Below are positions 33,112-37,683 of a DNA stretch of 37,683 nucleotides, piece by piece. The notes beneath the pieces were generated by a model, which was not told the DNA's origin, did no database searches, and saw only the letters and a list, made by a program, of their open reading frames with translations. The position numbers and the translations under genes are program-made. This stretch comes from a virus, in the IMG/VR virus record IMGVR_UViG_3300029717_000023, positions 1 to 37,683 of that record; one strand, 5' to 3'. Numbering within the stretch: position 1 is the first letter of the stretch; the number at the start of each line of letters is the position of its first letter.

Positions 33112-34141
33112 AGCAGACGACATCAGGAATAGAATATCTGATGAATACGAAAAAACACCGGGTTATCTGCTGTGGGACGTGTCGGAAGCTGTAGGGCAGG
33201 AAATGGACCTGCAGGACATAACCGCAGCAGAAACAAAAAGCATGTTCTACGTTGACAACCTCACCGGAGATTACCTGACGAGCTTCGTCAAGGAGCGAAA
33301 GGGGATTGAACGGCGCGCTGCCACATATGCGATAGGCAGTCTGACAATCACAGGCAACGGCACCATAACCACCGGGGATATATTCGAAACGGCAGGCGGC
33401 GTGCAATTTTCCGCAACAGAAACAAAAACAATAGCAGAAGAGGGAACTGTAAGTATAAAGGCTATGATAGCCGGCAACAGCGGAGTGGTTGGAGCCGGAA
33501 GCATAGTGCAGATGCCGGTAACAATTGAAGGCATAGTATCCTGCACCAATGAGGCTGCTACATATAACGGCTACGATGAAGAGGATGATGCTTCTTTAAG
33601 AGAAAGATACTATACTGCCCTTCAGACACCTGCCAACGGCGCGAACAAAGCCTCGTACGAAAAGTGGGCACTGGAGGTATCCGGGGTGGGAGCTGCAAAA
33701 GTATATCCCCTAGGACATGGTGACAATACAGTTGACGTAGTTATAATTGACCAGGATATGCAGCCTGCCAACAGCACACTCGTTAATACTGTGCAGGATT
33801 ATATAGACCCTGACAGCGCGGGGAAAGGGGAAGGTGAGGCAATGATAGGAGCTCATTGCTATGTATCATCGGCAACCGGAACCGCGATAAATATAACAGG
33901 AAAACTCAGTTATACCGGCAGCAAGGATACGGTGGTAGAAAATGTGAAGACAAGCATAAAAGTATATCTTGCGACGATTGCATTCACAGGGAAGAATGTA
34001 TCATATGCGCAGATAGCCAATGCAATAATAGAGTCGGAAGGAGTTCTCGATGTGGAAAATTTTAAAATAAACAACGGAACAGCCAACATATCAATCGCAG
34101 AAAGACATGTAGCAGTTCTGGGAACGGTGGTGTTCACATGA
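33104..34141 (+). CDS. Baseplate J-like protein (XkdT-like)
   Basis: 345 aa. Contains ERKGIERRAATYAIGSLTITGNGTI..GDIFETAGGVQF. Confidence 0.8.
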   Translation: MSRADDIRNRISDEYEKTPGYLLWDVSEAVGQEMDLQDITAAETKSMFYVDNLTGDYLTSFVKERKGIERRAATYAIGSLTITGNGTITTGDIFETAGGVQFSATETKTIAEEGTVSIKAMIAGNSGVVGAGSIVQMPVTIEGIVSCTNEAATYNGYDEEDDASLRERYYTALQTPANGANKASYEKWALEVSGVGAAKVYPLGHGDNTVDVVIIDQDMQPANSTLVNTVQDYIDPDSAGKGEGEAMIGAHCYVSSATGTAINITGKLSYTGSKDTVVENVKTSIKVYLATIAFTGKNVSYAQIANAIIESEGVLDVENFKINNGTANISIAERHVAVLGTVVFT

Positions 34142-34668
34142 AAGCTAATGAAATTGCAGTGAGAATTAATAAACTGAACTCCGACGATGACATGGTCAAG
34201 AACCTTATTAGCGCAATAGGTGGCTGCATGGACCTGACAGACGCAAAAAACGAGCAGATTATAAAAGACATGTTTATATCGACCTGTTCGGCAGAAAGGC
34301 TTGGAGAATATGAAAAAGAAGCAGGGGTATCGCCGGCGGCCTCGCAGTCTGAAGATGACAGGCGATCTGCGGTAATAGCGAGGTGGAGAAGTGAGGGCAA
34401 GTGCGACATAGAACTGCTGAAAATAACGGCCGATTCGTGGAAATACGGCAAAACAAACATCGACTTTGTGAGCAATAAGTTGCAGATATCATTCAACGAC
34501 AAAGGTATACCTACAGATCTGGATGGATTGAAAGCAGCTATTGAAGAGGTTAAACCTGCACATATAGATACAGTATATATTTTCGTATACACAACATGGG
34601 ACGAGGTCAAAACGAAGACATGGAATGAAGTCAAAACAATGACGTGGGATGAATTGAAAGTGAGGTGA
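34138..34668 (+). CDS. DUF2313/XkdU-like tail protein
   Basis: AERLGEYEKEAGV......RRSAVIARW pattern. C-terminal TW(D/N)E(V/L)K repeats. Confidence 0.6.
   Translation: MKANEIAVRINKLNSDDDMVKNLISAIGGCMDLTDAKNEQIIKDMFISTCSAERLGEYEKEAGVSPAASQSEDDRRSAVIARWRSEGKCDIELLKITADSWKYGKTNIDFVSNKLQISFNDKGIPTDLDGLKAAIEEVKPAHIDTVYIFVYTTWDEVKTKTWNEVKTMTWDELKVR
34594..34665 (+). repeat. 3 x 24-nt in-frame tandem repeat
   Basis: Units at 34594-34617, 34618-34641 and 34642-34665, encoding TWDEVKTK / TWNEVKTM / TWDELKVR. Confidence 0.8.
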
Positions 34669-34675
34669 TGATTGC

Positions 34676-35206
34676 ATGGAAACGACAGATAAGTACGGAT
34701 TAAGGCTTCCGGCGGGCAATGAGAACGCAGACGTGGAAGATCTGAATTATAACGCTCAAAAAATAGACGCACTGCTAAGGGAAGCAATAATTAAAGACGC
34801 AGATGCTTCTAACACGATAGCACAGACTGACTATTTTGGGTTGGTGAAATCGGATAACAGCTTCAAGAAAGTAGCCTTTTCCAAAATCGTAGAGAAAGCA
34901 AAAGAAACGATGGGCGGGGTAAACACTAAGACTGTTAGGGCGTCAAACATTGCAGTGCCATTGTCAGCATGGAGTCAGGAATCAAGCCCAACTGTTGCAG
35001 ATTATCCATGGAAGGCAGAGATAACTGTGAGTGGAATTGATTCCACATATAAACCGAATAATCTAGTGTCATTAACCGAGGGATTTATGGATTTACTGTA
35101 CGAATTCGCGAACACATCAACGAACAAATTAATACTCTACGCATCGGAAAAACCTGCAACAGCGGTAACAATTGACAGCGTAGATTTCACAAAGGTGGTG
35201 ACATAA
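34676..35206 (+). CDS. Tail fibre protein (N-terminal fibre-anchor pattern)
   Basis: METTDKYGLRLPAGNENADVEDLNYNAQKID resembles the N-termini of Xkd-type fibre proteins. Confidence 0.45.
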   Translation: METTDKYGLRLPAGNENADVEDLNYNAQKIDALLREAIIKDADASNTIAQTDYFGLVKSDNSFKKVAFSKIVEKAKETMGGVNTKTVRASNIAVPLSAWSQESSPTVADYPWKAEITVSGIDSTYKPNNLVSLTEGFMDLLYEFANTSTNKLILYASEKPATAVTIDSVDFTKVVT

Positions 35207-36060
35207 TGCTGGGAAGAGTAAAAAGCGCTAAACCTGAAGAAGAAATAACGGTAACGGCCGGGACAGAAACAAAAGAAGTACTGCCCTCATCGGGGAAGAC
35301 AATCAAGAAGGCGACAGTAAATCCTACCCCAAGCCAGGCGAAGACCATTATCCCATCCGAAGTACAGCAGGAAGTGGCGCCAGACGATGGAAGCTTATTA
35401 AGCAAGGTGATTGTGACAGGGGATCCCAACCTCACGGAAGAAAACATTAAAAAAGGCGTTAGTATCTTCGGCAGGGAGGGGACTTACTCAGGACCACCAG
35501 CCATGTTTTATTTAGACGATTACGAAAACCCCACAGAAATTACCTTCACCGGTGAGTCTATACCGAACAGAATGTTTTACATAAACAACCTTATGAGAAC
35601 AATAGACTCATTTCGGACTCATAAGAAGATTAAGACAATTGGAGAGGAAGCGTTCAGTTCGGTGTACTATCCCATGTACACATACCCGCTAAAAAATGTT
35701 TTCCCTGACGTTTTGGAGGCCGACAACATAAAAGGTGGAGCCTTTTATTACTTTTTCTACAACTACGCACCAGCAAAAATAAAAATACATAAGACAATTG
35801 CGGGGTGCCCATTCAGTAGGTGCTTTGGGTATTTTTTTAACGGCAGCAGCAAGCTGTGGCTTTCGGCACAAATCAAAACAATAAGCCAGGGCATTGTGGA
35901 TCCGCAGGATTCATCGTGCGCATTGACTATTTACTGTGAAGCAGCAGAAAAGCCAAGTGGGTGGGCTAGTAATTGGAACCAGTGGAATTACCCTAGCAGT
36001 ACAATAAACACGGTAACGACGATGTGGGGCGTAGATGAAGAGCAATTCAATAATCTGTAG
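35206..36060 (+). CDS. Fibre-module protein with a BspA-like leucine-rich-repeat character
   Basis: Repeated I(K/G)xxAF-type segments (IKTIGEEAFSS, IKGGAFYY, IKTISQGI) and a C-terminal ...IYCEA..KPSGWASNWN. Confidence 0.35.
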   Translation: MLGRVKSAKPEEEITVTAGTETKEVLPSSGKTIKKATVNPTPSQAKTIIPSEVQQEVAPDDGSLLSKVIVTGDPNLTEENIKKGVSIFGREGTYSGPPAMFYLDDYENPTEITFTGESIPNRMFYINNLMRTIDSFRTHKKIKTIGEEAFSSVYYPMYTYPLKNVFPDVLEADNIKGGAFYYFFYNYAPAKIKIHKTIAGCPFSRCFGYFFNGSSKLWLSAQIKTISQGIVDPQDSSCALTIYCEAAEKPSGWASNWNQWNYPSSTINTVTTMWGVDEEQFNNL

Positions 36061-36070
36061 GAGGTAAGAA

Positions 36071-36274
36071 GTGAAAAAAGAATACACAAAACATACGATT
36101 GAGAAAATGGATGAAAATATGCAGCCGACAGGCGAAAAGGAAGAAAAAATTTTTGTTAGCCTTATAGCTGATGAAGGGAAGAGAATAAGAGAAAAAGGCA
36201 CAGGCATACTGGGCACAAGAGTTGATATCGGAGATGGAAGCTCTGAAGATGATTTTGAAGAAGTGGCGGTTTAA
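36071..36274 (+). CDS. Small acidic hypothetical protein
   Basis: GTG start after TAGGAGGTAAGAA. 67 aa. Confidence 0.35.
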   Translation: MKKEYTKHTIEKMDENMQPTGEKEEKIFVSLIADEGKRIREKGTGILGTRVDIGDGSSEDDFEEVAV

Positions 36275-36289
36275 TGATAGGAGAATAAA

Positions 36290-36349
36290 ATGAAAATACG
36301 CAAAAATCTAGGGGGGGGGCGGCCCTTAATCGCTCTCCGGAGGTGCTAG
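36290..36349 (+). CDS. 19-codon upstream ORF containing the G9 tract
   Basis: ATG 5-6 nt after TAGGAGA. Ends (tag) 1 nt before the target 1 ATG. Translation is speculative. Confidence 0.2.
   Translation: MKIRKNLGGGRPLIALRRC
36311..36319 (+). repeat. Homopolymeric G9 tract
   Basis: ctaGGGGGGGGGcggccc, read directly. Lies 32 nt upstream of the DGR target 1 start. Confidence 0.9.
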
Positions 36350-36350
36350 A

Positions 36351-37616
36351 ATGTGGGGACAAATAAAAAAGAGAAGCGGCGGCATCAAGTCAATTCCAAC
36401 AGGTATCTATGTCGCCACAGCACCGAACAAGACATCATATAAGGCAGGGGAGACGCTTGCAATAGCTGGAATGGTGGTTAAAGTCAAGTTCTCAGATAAC
36501 ACTGAAAAAGACATAACATCTGAGTGTACGCTTTCACCTGCCGCAGGAACAGTCATATATGAGAATACAACCAAAATAGATATAAGCTGGGAGTGGAATG
36601 AGCTGGGAGCTGCAATTGCATATTCAGCTGAACAGCCTGTAACAGTTCAGAGAGTGTTAAGCTCAATCGCCGTTACAACGCAACCAACCAAAACTACATA
36701 TTATAAAAATGAAACTCTTAACCTTGCCGGAATGGTGGTTAAGGGAACGTTTAATTCGGGGACGACTGCAGTTGTTACAGGCTGGACAACCAGTCCTGCA
36801 AACGGAGTAGCGCTGTCTATACTCGGCACTCAAACAGTGACAGTATCATACACCGAGAATGGAGTGACAAAGACAGCGACATTCACAGTACAGGTAAATG
36901 TGAAGATTGTAACCTGGGCTGCCGGCACGGATGCAGAGATCGCCTCAATGGTAGAGGCTGCGGACAAAGGATTGATTACCCTGTCAGACTATTGGACAGT
37001 GGGAGATGAACGGTCTGTGAGCCTGTCTGCTATGGCAGCCACAGGAGTAGGCGAAAGCCACGCGGCACAGACCGCGAAGTTCGTGCTAATGAACGCCGGC
37101 GGAAAGGACCTCGTGACAGCGACTGAGTCAGGCAGAACAATCTGCAGCTTCGTGGTGGGATTGAAAGACTGCCTGAATGAAGCGGGATACATGAATTCGT
37201 CAAATACCAACGCAAATGGTTGGGACGGCTGCGCAAGAAGAACGTGGTGTAACGGCATTTTCAGAAACGCCATTCCGTCAGCGCTGAGAGGAATATTCAA
37301 GCAGCATAAGAATAAGGCTTCTGCAGGAAGCGGTAGCTCAGCAATAAATACATCTAACGACTATTTCGCACTGCCGGCAGAAATTGAAGTGTTTGGAACC
37401 AGGAGTTACTCAGCCTCGGGCGAAGGTTCGCAGTTCAAATACTATGAGACAGCATCGAACAGAATTAAGAATGTTAATGGTAGCGCGGCCAACTGGTGGG
37501 AGCGTTCTCCTTATTCGAGCAGTTCGACTAATTTCTGCGGAGTCTTCTCGAACGGCTTCGCCGACCTCTACTCCGCGTCGCACGCTTATGGACTGGCCCC
37601 TTTCGGCTGTATCTAA
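36351..37616 (+). CDS. DGR target protein 1: two Ig-like repeats plus a C-type-lectin-like variable domain
   Basis: Two ~90-aa repeats (..T.Y..GETL..AGMVVK..F.....) at about 36390-36900. Then a domain paralogous to target 2, ending in VR1 (NWWERSP...GLAPFGCI*). Last gene of the fibre module. Confidence 0.9.
   Translation: MWGQIKKRSGGIKSIPTGIYVATAPNKTSYKAGETLAIAGMVVKVKFSDNTEKDITSECTLSPAAGTVIYENTTKIDISWEWNELGAAIAYSAEQPVTVQRVLSSIAVTTQPTKTTYYKNETLNLAGMVVKGTFNSGTTAVVTGWTTSPANGVALSILGTQTVTVSYTENGVTKTATFTVQVNVKIVTWAAGTDAEIASMVEAADKGLITLSDYWTVGDERSVSLSAMAATGVGESHAAQTAKFVLMNAGGKDLVTATESGRTICSFVVGLKDCLNEAGYMNSSNTNANGWDGCARRTWCNGIFRNAIPSALRGIFKQHKNKASAGSGSSAINTSNDYFALPAEIEVFGTRSYSASGEGSQFKYYETASNRIKNVNGSAANWWERSPYSSSSTNFCGVFSNGFADLYSASHAYGLAPFGCI
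37482..37614 (+). repeat. DGR variable repeat 1 (VR1)
   Basis: 133 nt align gap-free to TR 543-675. All 19 mismatches are at TR adenines. Confidence 0.95.
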
Positions 37617-37627
37617 TATCGCATAAT

Positions 37628-37645
37628 CGGCAGCGAATGCTGCCG
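37628..37645 (+). promoter_or_regulatory. VR1-proximal hairpin (GAAT loop), DGR target-recognition element candidate
   Basis: cggcagc-gaat-gctgccg: perfect 7-bp stem. Begins 13 nt after VR1. Absent downstream of TR. Confidence 0.65.
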
Positions 37646-37683
37646 GAAAGGAGAACAGCTTGAGCGTACCAACGTGGAAGAGG

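Larger units (their letters stand above)
1..37584. mobile_element. Complete temperate contractile-tailed phage genome (circular assembly)
   Basis: One copy each of integrase/attP, CI/Cro switch, early genes, packaging, head, sheath/tube/baseplate and lysis modules. The window ends overlap by an exact 99 bp. Confidence 0.85.

Noticed and set aside
34594-34665. The 3 x 24-nt tandem repeat as a contingency or variable locus
   Set aside because: It is in frame and diverged at wobble positions. It encodes the TWxE(V/L)K repeats commonly seen at the C-terminus of XkdU/DUF2313-type tail proteins, so it is structural rather than hypermutable.
34134-34787. Large minus-strand ORFs within the structural region (34134-34787, 32599-33123, 32150-32602, 24515-25006, 28746-29135, 29886-30278)
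   Set aside because: All are antisense to + strand structural genes that have strong SDs, coupled starts and family-like sequences. They are typical shadow ORFs.
36290-36360. The G-tract acting as a frameshift switch that fuses the upstream ORF to DGR target 1
   Set aside because: Checked by hand. G8 runs into taa at 36324-36326, and G10 reads through in a frame that stops at the taa shortly after the target ATG. Neither yields an in-frame fusion.
37384-37626. Alternative-frame ORFs across VR1 (37384-37626) and across VR2 (17809-18018, 17618-17968 minus strand)
   Set aside because: They overlap the paralogous target genes, whose frame is supported by protein-level conservation and by the AAY codon phase of TR.

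Overview
The window is a complete, circularly closed temperate phage genome. About 37,584 bp are unique, and bases 1-99 recur exactly at 37585-37683. The phage has a PBSX/Xkd-like contractile tail, and its host is probably a Firmicutes/Clostridia bacterium (SpoVS homologue, XkdX-like protein, CCA-encoding tRNA fragment). Gene order on the + strand: DGR core (avd-TR-RT, 76-1925); lysis cassette (1915-3995); an AT-rich three-gene accessory island (4175-5551); attP carrying a tRNA-Arg(CCU) 3' fragment (about 5731-5780); a minus-strand lysogeny block (integrase, bPH-SHOCT protein, CI-like repressor plus an HTH-less paralogue, 5863-8757); a Cro-like/early region (8908-17147) with SLT, PcfK/PcfJ-like, DUF3102-like, PUA-like, HNH and methyltransferase genes; a second DGR target (17135-17962); SpoVS-like, PC4/YdbC-like, HUH-Rep-like and late-activator-like genes; the HNH/TerS/TerL/portal/ClpP protease/HK97 capsid packaging-head module (20257-25793); connectors, sheath, tube, frameshifted chaperone, tape measure and baseplate (25804-34668); and fibre genes ending in the primary DGR target (36351-37616). 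Three signals stand out. (1) A complete diversity-generating retroelement is split across the window ends. One template repeat feeds two variable repeats about 17-20 kb apart, and all 19 and all 22 TR/VR mismatches sit at TR adenines. (2) A terminator-bounded, low-GC three-gene island between the lysis cassette and attP has no domains I can recognise; it is a candidate prophage-encoded toxin-antitoxin or defence system. (3) A 20-nt SD-ATG junction is repeated four times, framing small gene cassettes (PUA-like, HNH, methyltransferase). All family names come from remembered consensus patterns and need HMM or structure searches to confirm.
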